A stretch of 64,000 nt of DNA from Octopus sinensis (Eukaryota). The position numbers were made by a program, and so were the translations under genes. Positions 12,404 to 28,551 of the stretch are shown piece after piece. Positions within the stretch are counted from its first letter, which is position 1; each line of letters begins with the position of its first letter. Below the pieces are notes generated by a model, which was given only the letters and a program-made list of their open reading frames with translations, was not told the DNA's origin and made no database searches. Location: NCBI RefSeq assembly GCF_006345805.1, contig NC_043006.1:55304001-55368000 (forward strand), in the 5' to 3' direction.

Positions 12404-13515
12404 CATCTCCGGGTCAGTACAGAATATTATGAATTCAAGGCGAGCTTGTTTACTGACCTGTCCGTTTTAGCAGAAATGTTGAATTGAAAAAAATGTCCCG
12501 TTCTTTTCTTTTTTTGGCTTTCCTTCAAGCATCAATGATTTTGGGGTTAGGATGAGGTGAATATGTGTGTCTCTCTGCGTGTGTGTGAATAGATGTGTCT
12601 GTGTGCCTGTAGTATTTGGTCAGATGGCGTCTGTTTGTCAAGTGTGTGTGGTTGTCATGGTGTTGTGTGTGTGTGTGTTGTGTGTTTGTATATTATGTGT
12701 GTGTGTGTGTTGTGTGTGTGTGTGGGGGGGTCAGATATGTGTGTGTGTGTGGTGTGTGTGTGTATGATGTGTGTGTGTATGTGTGTGTATGTATGTATAT
12801 GTAGTGTGTGTGTATGGGCCCGCACACACGCGTATTGACCGAGGTTACCGTGGTCTTTTTCGTAGGCTTTTCTTCTCACGAATAAACCTTATCTGCTTCC
12901 CCCTTTACACCGTACATCATGACACTGTGATACACGATCCCTATTGATCGTTTTTTTCCTCTTCCCCTTTTTTCCTCTTTTTTCTTCTTTTTTCTTTTCT
13001 TTTGTTTCTTTTCCTTTTTTTCTTTTTTTCTTTTTTCCCTTTTACGATACCTGTTGATCGAAAACCTACGCCACTTTCTTTTTTTTTTCATCCCCCAAAA
13101 GAAAAGCTCTACCTATTAATTTGTTCCATCTGTGTGCAGCCCTGTGTGGCTAATAAAGAAACTTATCTATCTATCTATCTGTCCGTCTGTCTGTCTAGCT
13201 AGCTAGCTATCTGCTTGTCTGTCTGTCAGTGTGTTTGCCTGCTTGTCTCTGATTGACTGTCTACTTGTCTGTCTGTCCGTCTGTCATTCTGTATGCCTGC
13301 CTGTCCCCCTGTTTGTCTCTCTACTCTGCCTGTCTATCGTGTCTATCGTGTCCGTCTACCTGTATGCTTATATATCTGTATTTATCTCTCTCCGATGTAT
13401 ATTGACGAAGGGGATAAACATTTCCGAACTAATGACGCTTATTGTTCACCGAACCACGATATAAAAATAATAATAAAAAATTTAAAAGAAGTTATTAACA
13501 AATCGATTTACTTAC

Positions 13516-13550
13516 TGTATTCTATATTTATTTCCGATCGTGAAATAATT
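13516..13550 (-). CDS. Candidate 35-nt internal exon of an unidentified host gene
   Basis: Strong acceptor (tttttatatttacttttcag) and donor (gtaagt). The phase-0 frame reads NYFTIGNKYRI and is phase-compatible with the exon at 30822-30934. Confidence 0.35.
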
Positions 13551-13686
13551 CTGAAAAGTAAATATAAAAATTGATACAAGACTTGCCAACACAACAATGG
13601 CTTTCGCAATAATATCCTCTCATCGTAATATCTTTTTATAACTTATATTTATAACGTTATGCATTTTAATTATTTCAATGATAATG

Positions 13687-13734
<48 letters not shown>

Positions 13735-13759
13735 TAATAATAATAATAATAATAATAAT

Positions 13760-13971
13760 CCCTTTTACTGGAGGCACAAGGCCTCAGATTTGGTGGGAGG
13801 GGACTAGTCGATTACATCGACCCTAGTGTTTCACTGTTACTTAATTTATCGACCTCGAAAGGATGAAAGGCAAAGTCGACGTCTGCGGAATTTGAACTCA
13901 GAACGTAGCGAGAGGCGAAATGCCTCTAAACATTTTCCCGGCGTGCTAACGACTCTGCCAACTTGCCGCCT
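13760..13971 (-). mobile_element. tRNA-derived SINE (family 1) between (AAT)n and (ACT)n tracts
   Basis: Homologous to the copy at 59513-59750. Confidence 0.85.
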
Positions 13972-13973
13972 TA

Positions 13974-14005
<32 letters not shown>

Positions 14006-14176
14006 TACTACTACTACTACTAATAATAATAATAATAATAGTAGTCGTGTTCATTTCTATTGTGTTGTTTGATGCATTCGTTTGATACAAATGAAAAGAG
14101 TTATTTCCTTTTTCCCATATATGTTAATAAGTTAGTTGAATGTTAGTTTTAGAGGACATATTTCTATTTTTGTTTA

Positions 14177-14216
<40 letters not shown>

Positions 14217-14432
14217 TTAATGTTAGAAACATGCTTGCTGGCAGTGCGCCCACCCATTTCCACCTACACCAAGTCTTCGTACCGGAATCTTGTTACTAGA
14301 AATCTTGAAATCCAGATTTCAGCCAACCACTCCTATTGAATTTTGTTAATGATAATGGTAGTGAGGATGATCATTATAACAATGATAATGATTGTGATGA
14401 TAATAAGAACACTACTGGTTTTAGTAGTAGTA

Positions 14433-15977
14433 TTGGGTTGTCCGGGAAGTTCCTGCCGATTTATAGTAGCTTATCTTTCGACTTATTTTAGAACATGGTT
14501 GAGTCCATAAAATAGGATTTGACTACACCTCCATTTAGAACACAGTTTAAGCTACGAGGGGCGTTCAATAAGTAATGCCCCTGACCCACTTCCCATAGCA
14601 GTAGAGCAACGAAACTTGGCACAGTTATTAGTCTTTTTCTACATAGGAACCACCCAGAGATACGCATTTCTCCCATCGTTTGATGCAGCTCTGGAGACCG
14701 TTTTTGTAGAAGACCCCAGCTTGGTCCTCCAACCACGACGTGACTTCAGAAATCAAGGCTGCATCATCTGGGAAACGCTTTCCTTTCAAAAACAACTTCA
14801 TGACTGGGAAGAGGTGAAAATCAGAGGGTGAAAGGTCAGGAAAGTAGGGGGATGGGGGAGGAGTTCATAGCCGCACGCCTGTGCTTCTGATCTGGCGACA
14901 CGCGAGTTGTGGACCGGAGCGTTGTCCTGCAATCAGTCTTTTGAAAAATTTTGACTCATCTTCTTGACACATCTCCAAATTCATTCTCGAGCACTCGGCG
15001 CGTTCTTGCTTCTGGAAAGGTGTGAGCAACCTGGGAATCCATCTGGCAGACACCTTTTGCATATGCAAATGGTCATGAATGATAGTTTCCACAGACTCGG
15101 TACTAATCTTGACCTCATGGGCAATTTGGCGAATAGTTATGCGTCGATCTTCCAAAATGGCAGCCTCAACTTGACGGACAGATGCCACATCAATGGCAGA
15201 AGGGGGACGACCAGATCTGGGAGCTGTTTCCACAGAGTTCCGACCATGTTTGAATTCACGATGCCAGCGTTTTACAAGGTCATATGATGGGGCATCATCA
15301 CCATAAGTTACTTTCATTTCATCAAAAGTCTCCCGTGGTGTGCGTCCTTTCAAATACAAAAACCGGATCACTGCTCGACACTCAACAGGTTCCATTTCAC
15401 ACTTGACTCAATTCAAACACCTGTAAATCAGAAACCACAATTAGTTCAGAGCTGTAATTTTCCACTTAATCTATATAGATATAAATAATTGCACATGCAA
15501 ACTTTCGGCTAGATCAAACAACTGCAAGTGTGTCAGAGGCATTACTTATTGAACGCCCCTCGTATCTTTTCGTGGAAGAAGATTTATGTTCCTATATCCT
15601 GTATTAATTCTGTAACTTTTTAAAATGGAAGATAAGTAAGTTCATTTTCGGCACTTGATGCCTTGGGAACCAGACAAAAATTGCTGCAGCTCCACCAGAT
15701 ATTGCTCCTTCGGATTTTCACTTATTCAGGTCTCTGCAGAATAGTCTTAATGGTAAAAATTTCAATTCCTTGGATGACGTAAAAAGATACCTTGATGAAT
15801 TCTTTGTCATGAAACCATCTCAATTCTGGGAAGAGGGTATTTTCAAGTTAAAGAAAAGATGGAGACGCATCGTGCAACAAAATGTTTCATATCTGGTTGA
15901 TTAAAAATGTAATGGCAAGTATTTATTGACCTTTTTCTTTCCTTTAACAATCGGCATGAACTTTCTGGACAACCCAA
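14433..15977 (+). mobile_element. Second copy of the deleted mariner at 1556-2123, split by a nested mariner
   Basis: Same TIRs and TA TSDs (14431-32, 15978-79). Sequence is colinear with copy 1 on both sides of the insert. Confidence 0.92.
14555..15562 (-). mobile_element. Nested mariner (1008 bp, catalytic core partly deleted)
   Basis: 31-bp TIRs CGAGGGGCGTTCAATAAGTAATGCC[C/T]CTGAC and duplicated TA (14553-54, 15563-64). ORF 14865-15395 (MEPVECRAVIRFLYLKG...KVSARWIPRLLT) is followed by a HPPYFPDLSPSDFHLF C-terminus. Confidence 0.93.
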
Positions 15978-16019
15978 TAATAATGTTCGAAGTGGTGACG
16001 ATATTGATAGTTGTAATAA

Positions 16020-16235
16020 TCTTTTCTTCTACAGGCCCAAGGTCTGAAACTTAGTGGGAGGCACTAGTCGAGTACATCGACAATGGTTCTCGACAAGTAT
16101 TTATTTTTATCGATCTCGAAAGGATGAAAAGCAAAGTCGATCTCGGCAGCATTTGAATTCAGAACGTAAAGACGGACGAAATGCTGCTAAGCATTTTTTT
16201 CCGGCATGCTAACGATTCTTCCAGTTTGCCGCTTC
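16020..16235 (-). mobile_element. tRNA-derived SINE (family 1)
   Basis: Homologous to the other family 1 copies. Confidence 0.8.
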
Positions 16236-16279
16236 ATTGATAGTTGTAATAATATCTGTAATAATATGTCGGGGCACTT

Positions 16280-19200
16280 TTAGTGCTATGGTGACCCTAC
16301 GGAGCGTTTGCCCAGTAAGGATGGTGGCTTTTGTTGGACACCTTGCAGGACGAAAAACCAAACCCGTGAAAAGGGCGGATGTACTCTATTAGAGTCAATG
16401 GCTATCCAACTATATGAGCCTTTAAGTGCTGTGAGAATAAATACTGGAGGTGGCGACCAGCGTACGATAACCGGCTTCAATGAGAGCAGACAGGCCTCTC
16501 GGAAGTCTTGGCTGACAACTTGTCTAGTGATGGTAATACGATATAATTACTGGTTGGCGGTAATCCCAAAAGCACAAAACTCAATTATAAGAGAAATGTC
16601 AATAATGGAAAGTAATTCTAATGTTGTCAACGAGGCTGCAGTTTTTAGTGAAGGTGTTACGTCTACAGGTTCCCTATGGAACAGCAACGCAGAACTGATC
16701 GTAATAAAGCTACTGCTGAACCGTAACAGCGAAGGAGATCAAAATGGATAAAAATGAACAACAAATAGTTTGAATGTCACATTAAGAGTAGTGAGCCAGA
16801 GGAAAAAAGGCTATAGGAAAAAGTTATTAGAGTTCTGGGAAAAATATTATCCATATGAAGGATGTAAGTGAACAATCATTGGATGATCAGATTAGACAGA
16901 AGGAACTGCAGAGAACTACTAATCCAGAAGAAATATCCAGGAGAACCTAGAAAGTATGAACGCAGAGGGAGGGAATCTACAATATATAGAAGACATTAGT
17001 GTTCCCCTAACAAGAGATTCACCGGAAGAAATTAGCTCAGAACTAGCTACTCTCCGCAACAGAATTCTGGAAGTAATGTTTCTGAGGAAAAGAAGAGGTT
17101 ATCAACATTGAACTCATGTGATAGAGCAAAGTTGTCATGAGAATTTCAATTAAAGATATCACTGAGTTTAATTTCTTGATGTATGCCACTCTCTATGTCA
17201 TCACAGAGAAGATATGCGTGTTTAAAGGAAAGAATGTACAGAGAAACAAAGTACCATTCTGGAAAAGAAGAATAAAAGTAAGCATCAGTATATGATGAAG
17301 GGATTTAAATAAGATCGATGAAATAAAGATAGGAAATGTGAGGCTCAATGAAAGAAAACAGAAGTACATGAATAAGAAATACCATCTGGTGGATAATGGA
17401 ACTTTATATCGGATATGTTAAAACGAAAGATCAAAGCGAGTAGAATGAAGATTAAAAGATATGAGGAATGATGCTTACAGTTTAAACAAAATCAACTATT
17501 TAGAACAAATCAAAAGCTGCTTTACGAGACTCTGGATGGTGGGTATAAAAAAGAAAGTAAGAGGCAGGCATACCAAAGAAGCAAATTCATTTTGGAGAAA
17601 GATCTGGTCAGAGAATGTCAAACACAACAGGGCACTCTGGCTCATGAAGCGGAAGAATTCAAAGACATGGTGATACAAGAGAACATAGTCGTCACGTTGG
17701 AAGATATTCAAGCTGTGGTAAAATGAGAAATTGGAAGGCAGCTGATCCGGACCTAGTTCAACGATTTTGATTCAAGGTTTTGACAAATCTGTATCCTAAA
17801 TTGTAAAATTCCTGCAAGGCGGTGTACACCAAGGAATTGTACCATAATGGATGGTCAAAGGAAGAACCGTGTTGATTCAGAAGGTCTCAGCCAAGAGTAC
17901 CAAGGCCAGTAATTATTGTCTGATTGCTTGTTTACCTATGACGTGGAAGCTTCTGAGATAATGGGAAAGAAATTGTATGACCATCTTGAAAGAAATGAAC
18001 TACTAGCGGATGAAAAGAAAGGTTACAGGAAGGAATCATGAGGAACAAAAGATCAGTTGCTAATTGATAAGGTACAACCGTAGAAGGTTGACAAACTTAT
18101 CAATGTCATATATAGTCTGGAAGAAGGCATATGATATGGTTCCTCGATTTGTTTATTCAAAAACAGTATAAGAAACTGGAAGGCAGGTGGAAGAGAAATT
18201 GGACAAGTCGACATCAGAGGGCTATCTTTCAAGAGACTCTCTGTCACCCTTACTGTTTATTGTTAGTAAGTTACCGCTCCCCATGTTTCTGAGAAAGATG
18301 GGAGCTGGCTACAAACTTCAGAAAAACATGAGACCGATCAATCACCTGTTGCTTATGGACGATTTGAAGTTTTACGGAACTAGCAAAGGTCAACTGGATT
18401 CCCTTATTCAGATTATACTAATTTTCACTCAAGACGTCCAGATGGCATTTGATATAGAGAAATGCGCTGTTATTTAACTGAAGAGAGGAAGGTGCAAATA
18501 GACAACAGTGGAGTACAACTTCCAGATGATGAATGGATAAGAGAAGTGAACGGAGAGGGTTACAAATATCTTGGTGTTTCACATTTAGGCAGATGATGAA
18601 CACCAAGATGAAAGAAAATTTCTTGTTAATATATCAGAAGAGTTAAAAAGCTATGTAGATCTAAGCTGAATGAAGAAAACCCGATTAGAGACATCAGCGC
18701 GTGTGGTATATTACTGCACAAGAGCTGTGGAATGGACAAAAGAACTGGTTAACAGGAATAGAAAAACTAGGAAGGTAATGGCAGTGCATGGGTGTCTTCA
18801 TACCAGAAATAACGTAGCAAGGCTTTACTTACCTAGGAAGTAAGGTGGAAGAGGACTGGTTGGAATAAAGAATAGGGTTACAAAGTAGACCAGGTCCTTG
18901 CATACCCATCTGAGGAATAGTGATGAAATAATGCTGGAGGCTGCAGTGAATGAGAAGGTTATTAGGGACAATAGTGAGACCCTCCAGGAGTACGATATGA
19001 TGACTGATAGAGAAACGATCATCAACTGGAAAGAGAAAATCCAACATGGAGTTTTCTGAAGCTGATGAAGAATCCTGGAAATGGTTAAGACATGGTTTTT
19101 TAAAGAAGACAGAAGGATTGATTCATGCTGATGAAGAAAAAGCTTTACGAACCGACTCAATCAAGTGCAGCATTGATAAGACAGTAGTATCACCTTTTGT

Positions 19201-19800
19201 AGAGTATGTAAAAAATCATCTGAGACAGACATATAATTAGTAGATGTTAAAAACAGGCTCAAAAGGTATACAAAAACGCCATGACAAAGTGACAGTGTGA
19301 ATACACTGGGATTTGTGTTAGAAGTATGGGCTACAATATTCCAACTAGTGGTATGAGCACCAATGTTTGCCAGTAGCAGAGACTTATCAGGTGAAACTCC
19401 CATTAGATATTCCAATAGACACAGACAAGAAGCTGCAACATAGCCGATTAGATATCACTCTCCCACGCAAGGAGTTCAAAGAATGGATCCTCATCGACGT
19501 AGCTATATTATAGACCAGAATATCGTAAAGACACAAGATGAGAAAGTCGGGAACTATCAAGAATTAGGATTGGAAGTGAATAAGGGTGCATAGAATCTGA
19601 AGAATGAGTGTGACACCTGTTATGATTGGTGCGCATGGAACCATCTCAAAACGAGTAATATTCTGGCGTCAAAAGCTGTAAAACTTCTCTGGAAGTATTT
19701 AGATGGCAGAAATACTTGGAACAGCTCATACGTTAAGAAAAGTGTCTAAGCTGCGCGACAGAGATGAGATGTGACATAGATAAATCAGAAGTTAAGAGAA
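16280..19800 (+). mobile_element. Near full-length, degenerate R4/Dong-clade non-LTR retrotransposon (copy A)
   Basis: In order: N-terminal RKKGYRKK..W..VSEQ segment, RT motifs (DSLSPLLF, LMDDLK), CCHC knuckle remnant, RHD and RLE domain. Ends in a (TGAA)n/(GAT)n/(AAT)n tail. Many stops. Confidence 0.85.
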
Positions 19801-19823
19801 TAACTGAATGAATGAATGAATGA

Positions 19824-19882
<59 letters not shown>

Positions 19883-19967
19883 AATATAATAATAATAATA
19901 ACGATAATGATGATGATAATAATAATAATAATAATAACGATAATGATGATGATAATAATAATAATAA

Positions 19968-20483
19968 ATGCCCTGATGCAGTAACAGGCAGTGGCCCTCT
20001 GGCAGTGTTATCATGTACATGTTTTGTCTTGTTAAAGATGGGCTACAGCAAATGTTCTGCTCAATACCACAGATGTGCATGTCAGTTGCTTGACCTTAGC
20101 CAGTTGAATATGTCTCTTAGTCGCTGACGATATGCGCATCTTTCATCACGGGCAGGAATAGTGGGAGAGCATCGTAGCCATCTGTTGAGAGCAGTTCTTT
20201 GGGGTTTGAATAATTCACCTCCGAAAACATGGGTGTTTCGTTCATTATCCTTAACGCTCATTCAGGGACCTTTTAAGCGGGATGGGCTACTCGACCTGAA
20301 GAAAAAATTCTAACTGGGCCCCACCTCCAAGGTCATGCGCTGTTTATCTTGATATGAGATTACCATATCGCGCACATATGGTTGTGATGCCTGTGCCTAG
20401 TGTACCCTTATCAGACGAGTAGTCATTATGGGTATATTGGGCTTCGTATGGGTATATTGGTGACATATATTTCTCTCTCACAC
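19968..20483 (+). mobile_element. ~520-bp non-coding element inserted in (AAT)n (copy 1, partly rearranged 3' end)
   Basis: Colinear with 55948-56495 and with the reverse complement of 63621-64000. (AAT)n lies on both flanks. Confidence 0.85.
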
Positions 20484-20502
20484 AATAATAATAATAATAA
20501 TA

Positions 20503-20538
<36 letters not shown>

Positions 20539-20548
20539 TGATAATAAT

Positions 20549-22157
20549 ATGCTAAATAGAACAGGATGCGGATATAAATGTTACGGCAAAACGATCAGCC
20601 ACCTTTTATATATGGATGACCTAAAACTATACGCTGCAAATGACAAACAGCTGGAAACACTATTAAAGACAGTTCATGGATTTACCAAAGAAATAGATAT
20701 GAAATTTGGATTAGAAAAATGCGCCAAAGTAACCATGAAAAGAGGAAAACTAGTTAAGAGTAACAACATCACACTAGATAAAACCAATGAAATAAAAGAA
20801 TTAGACCAAAGCCAAACTTACAAATACTTAGGAATCCATGAACTAGATAAGACACAACACACACAAATGAAAGAGAAAATAAAAAAACATTATAGACGAG
20901 TTAGATCAATACTAAACACAGAGCTCAATGCTAAAAAAAAGATAATAGGTATCAACACTTTAGCTGTCCCAGTTATAAGTTACAGCTACAATATCCTTAA
21001 CTGGACACGAAATGAACTGACCAAAATAGATAGGAAAACAAGAAAAATAATGACAGGATCTAGGATGCATCACCCAAAATCTGACATAGAAAGACTATAT
21101 ATACAACGTATAGAAGGTGGTAGAGGCCTTATACAGCTGGAAAACTACTATAAAATAACCACCATAGGACTGCAAAAATATCTACTTCAGAAGGAAGGAA
21201 AACTGATCCAGATAGCGGCAAAACACGAGCAAAACAAAAAACTGTTCTCAGTATTTAAGGAAGCTGACAAATACAAACAAGAAATCATACCACCTAATAA
21301 ACATGAAGAAGAAGAAGATGAAACAAAAGCTATAAAACAAATGAAATCCAAACTAAAACTAGAACAGCAACGAACCATGATAAAACGATGGCAAGAAAAG
21401 CCCCTTCATGGTAAATACTGGACTAAACTAAACGCAAAAGAAATAGACAAAGAAAAATCCCAGCAATGGTTGAGAAGCTCAGGACTCAAAGCAGAAACAG
21501 AGGGATTTTTAATTGCAGCACAAGACCAAAGCCTCCCCACCAGAAATTACCAAAAACATGTAAATGAAAAGAAATATTACAAGTAACTGCAGAATATGTG
21601 GAGATGGACAAGAAACAATAAATCATATTATCTCTAGCTGCCCAGTCCTGGCTAAGAAGGAATATATTCACAGACATGACAGAGTTGGAACCTACATACA
21701 TTGGAAGCTATGCCAACATTATGGAATAACAACAGAAAAAAGATGGTATAGGCACACACCAGAAAAGGTCACAGAAAACGAGAAAGCAACCATACTCTGG
21801 GATATGCCGATACACACAGATAGAGAAATTAAGGCCAACAGACCAGATATAGTTGTCAGAGATCATGAAGAACAAAAATGCTTTCTAATTGATGTATCAA
21901 TACCGGCTGATGACAACGTGTCTCTAAAAGAAATGGAGAAACTCTCAAAATACAAAGACCTGGAAATAGAGGTAACTAGAATGTGGAATCTGAAAACAGA
22001 AACAATTCCTATCATAGTAGGTGCATTAGGCATGATAAAAAAATATTCAGACAAATACATAACAAAAACACCAGGACTTACAAACACATATAACATACAG
22101 AAAATTGCACTACTAGGCACTGCACACATCCTACGCAGAACACTTTCCATACAATAA
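20549..22157 (+). pseudogene. R4/Dong RT C-terminus + CCHC + RLE; 5'-truncated, one frameshift (copy C, 3'UTR to 22255)
   Basis: ORFs 20549-21586 (HLLYMDDLKLYA) and 21564-22157 (CRICGDGQETINHIISSC...HRHD...ANRPDIVV...EKLSKY) join at a single frameshift near 21562. Flanked by (AAT)n. Confidence 0.93.
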
Positions 22158-22251
22158 CCATCAGAGCATCACAACAAATCACAGCACATACCCAAGGCAC
22201 ACAGAGCTGTGCTCGGTAGTGAAGTGAAAGCACGCTATAAAAATAAAACTA

Positions 22252-22328
<77 letters not shown>

Positions 22329-22330
<2 letters not shown>

Positions 22331-24005
22331 TGCAGAAGAAACAGAGTTTGTATGTGACTCCAAGGAGGCTGACCAATGGGGTCTAAACCAAGAAACAAGT
22401 AAAGTCGATAATGTATTGAAACGCATTAAGAATCTTTCACAAACAAATAAACTCATCAAGGCTGCAAGTAGGACTGTTTCAGAAAGGATTGAATTGAAGA
22501 TCAATGAGAACAGAACATAGACGGAAAGAAAAGGAAATAAACAATCTTGGTGGAAAAGGAGAATACCAGAAGGCATAATCTTCTTGAACAGTATAGCGTC
22601 GATACTTGACAGGAAAAGAAAAGGATAATTGACGAATGATCGCAAATTCGAACAATTGAAGAAATTTGGACTGCATTTTGTGATTCAAGAACTGAAGCAG
22701 CGCATACTTACAAAGAAAGCAAGCCTGACTTAGTTTGAACAACGGATTAAACAATACCGGCAAAACTAATTGCTTAGAATTAACAAAAAAAAAAAAAGAT
22801 TTTATTAAGAAATTAAGGATTTAGCATACGAAAATTTAGTTCCTGATGTAAATGAAAGTCGCCGGTTTGGCGGTGAGATATGGGGTAAGCAAGGAAAAAA
22901 CACAATACTGGGGCTAAATGGCTCTGCAGCCTGAAGCAAACAGCTTCATATCCTCAGCAAGAAGCTATCCTCTTTACCGAGGACAGTATCAGAAGTATGA
23001 ACAAGGATGTGAACAAATGGAAAGCAGCAGGAACTGATGGTGTAGAGGAGTTAGGGATTAAAATTTCAGTAGGTGTCATAAATCAATTGCAGAGCAATTT
23101 AATACATTGACAGGTTGAACAGAAAAAATTCCAAGGTGATTGACCAAAGGACGAACAGTTTTGTGCTTGAAACATGTATCAAAAGGAAATGCTACTGACA
23201 ATTACAAGCCAATTTCTTGCCTGCAATTAATGTGGAAGTTTCTGTCAGGAGGGATTGCAGAAGAAATATACGAATTTCTTGATGATAACAACATTTTACC
23301 AATGGAACGAAAAGGTTGTAGGAGAAGATGCAGAGGTACCAAAGATCAATTATTGATTGAAAAAATGGTAATGCAAGATTGTATGCGAAAGAGGACAAAT
23401 TTGGGAATGGCCTGGATTGATTACCACAAAGCTTACGATATGATTCCACATTCGTGGATCACTGGATGTTTGGAATTGCTAGGAACGTAACATATTTTCT
23501 GAAGAGAAGTAAGGTGGGTTAGAAAAACTGAGTTGACATCTTGTGGGCATCAGAAGAGGGATTTTCAAAGGCGATGGATTATTTCCTATGCTTTTTGTAC
23601 TTTGCATGATTGCTCTGACCTTGGTGCTGAAGAAAGTGCAAAAAACACAAAGAATCAACAATATCCTCTTCATGGATAATTTGAATTTGAATGACAAGGA
23701 TGAGGTACAAATGAGTTCCTTGGTGAACACAGTCCACTGTTTTAATATTAATGTTAAGATGGAATTCGGACTCAAGAAGTGTGGTATAATGTACCTAAAA
23801 AGAGGCAAGGTAATGTCCCAGGTTGGGATAAAATAACGAAATAGAGAAGTAGTGAAACAAATTGAAAAGGAAAGCTATAAGTACCTTGGCATACTGGAAT
23901 TCAATGAAATCACGGAGAAAGAAATGAAAAATCAGCTGAGGATAGAATATTTCAGAAGATTACGATTGGTATTGCGCTCAAAATTGACTTAGAATGAAAT
24001 CCAAG
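22329..24005 (+). mobile_element. Degenerate R4/Dong fragment (copy D1: N-terminus to RT)
   Basis: KGRTVLCLK...NYKPISCL...[29 protein letters not shown]; GIFKGDGLFP; FMDNL. Confidence 0.85.
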
Positions 24006-24084
24006 CAGTAAATAATGATAATAACATGAGAATAATAATAAAATAGGAGAACAAATCTGGGAATATCCTGGATTGACTATCGCA

Positions 24085-25835
24085 AAGTTTATGATATGAT
24101 TCCACATTCGTGGATCATCGAGTGCTTAAATCTGTTTAGAACTGCGAGGAATGTAACGTGTTTCCTGAAGAGAAGTATGGTGGGATGGAAAACTGAAATG
24201 ACATCTTACGGAAAAAGCTTGGACATCCTGGGTATCAAGAGAGGGATTTTCCAGGATAATAACCTACCTCCATTGCTTTTTGTTCTCTGCATGATATCCC
24301 TGACTTTGGTACTTAAGAAAATGAACCTGGGGTACCAAGTAAAGGAAAAATCCCAATCAACCACCTCTTCACGGATGATTTGAAACTAGGGTAAATATGT
24401 GTTAGTACTGATATTTGAATGGAATTTAGACCCAAGAAGTGCAGAGTAATATGCCTAAAAAGATGCAAGGTACAGTCCCTAGTAAGGACAGAATTACCGA
24501 ATAGAGACTTGATGAAGCAAATTGAAACTGAAGGATACTAATACCTTGGTGTACGAGAGTTAAAGGAGATAATGGAAAATGAAGTGAAAGAGAAATCGAG
24601 GTGGAGTATTTCTGAAGACTGAGGTTGGTGTTGCGCTCAAAATTGACTGGATGGAATAAATTCCAAGTAGTTAATACGTGGGCGATAACATCACTTCGGT
24701 AAGGAGCAGGAATTATAAAATGGCGAAAGAGAGAAGTGAAGAAAATGGATACGAAGACCAGAAAAATGTTGACAGTACACGGAGCCTTCCACACTAAAAG
24801 TGACACCGATAGGCTGTACTTGTCCAGAAGAAAGGGTGGGAGAGGTTTGATCAGTTACCAGGACTGTATCGAAGTACAAGAAAACAGCTGAAGGTGGTAC
24901 ATAAAAAATGCAGTGGAGCCATTGTTGAAACACACGAAGAAAGCCGGCGTCATAACAACTGTAACGAAAAAAAAACAACTTTAAATAAGGAATTAACAAA
25001 AGAAAAAAGAAAGAGAATGAAATGAAAACAAAAGAAAATGTATGGTCAGTTTACAAGAGATGTGAACGCCAAGACAAATACAGAGGACCGGTGGCTATGG
25101 ATGAGGAGGAGTGACATGAAGATAGAGACAGAAATACTCATATGCGCAGCTCAGGAGCAAGCTAAGGGCCAACTATATGAAGTGCAGAATAGACAACACT
25201 ACAGATAGCGACACTACCGATAGCGAAACTGTATGGAATATCGTTAGCGGATGCCCGAAATTGGCACAACACGAATACAAGAGACGCCATAATTATGTGG
25301 CAAGAATGATCCATTGGGAACTCTGTGGAAATCACGACCTACAAAGAGCAAAGACGTGGTATCAGCAAACTCTAGAAAGAGTCACCGAAAATGAGAATTG
25401 CAAAATACTGTGGGATGCAATGATCCAGTGCGATCACCCGACCAGACATCGGAAACCGGACATTGTTGTGGTGAAAAAAAAAAGAAAGATCATATATGAT
25501 AATCAACATAACATGCCCCGGTGACAACAGGATCAGTGTGGAAGAAGAAAAAATAAACAACTATGACAATTTGAAGTGGGAAATACGAAGTTTGTGGTCA
25601 ATGAAGAGATTAGACGTGATACCAATAGTAATTGGTGCACTTGGAAGAATCAGCACTCAACTACCAGCATGGACGAAAAAGATTGGTACAAGTGTGAAGG
25701 TAGAACACATACAAAAATCAGCATTGCTTGGAACTGCAAGAATTCTTCACAGGGTTCTTGAAGCATGACCATTAAACAAAGGTCACTTTAGTCTGCTGGT
25801 TGCGGACAGCTGACTCTTTGCATCATACCTAGCAA
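24085..25835 (+). mobile_element. Degenerate 5'-truncated R4/Dong (copy D2)
   Basis: Restarts at YDMIPHSWI. Contains AAQEQA, IVSGCPKLAQHEYKRRH, HRKPDIVV and a C-terminal ALLGTARILHRVLEA, then an (AAT)/(GAT) tail. Confidence 0.87.
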
Positions 25836-25944
25836 AGTAATTTTGAGTTTTCGTATAATGATAATAATAATAATAATGATGATGATGATGATAATGATGA
25901 TGATGATGATGATGATGATGATAATAATAATAATAATAATATTA

Positions 25945-26005
<61 letters not shown>

Positions 26006-26009
26006 CATA

Positions 26010-28551
<2,542 letters not shown>

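Noticed and set aside
16260-16560. HDV-like ribozyme at the 5' end of the full-length Dong copy
   Set aside because: Expected by analogy with R2/R4 elements, but I could not assemble the P1-P4 pseudoknot by eye. It needs a descriptor search.
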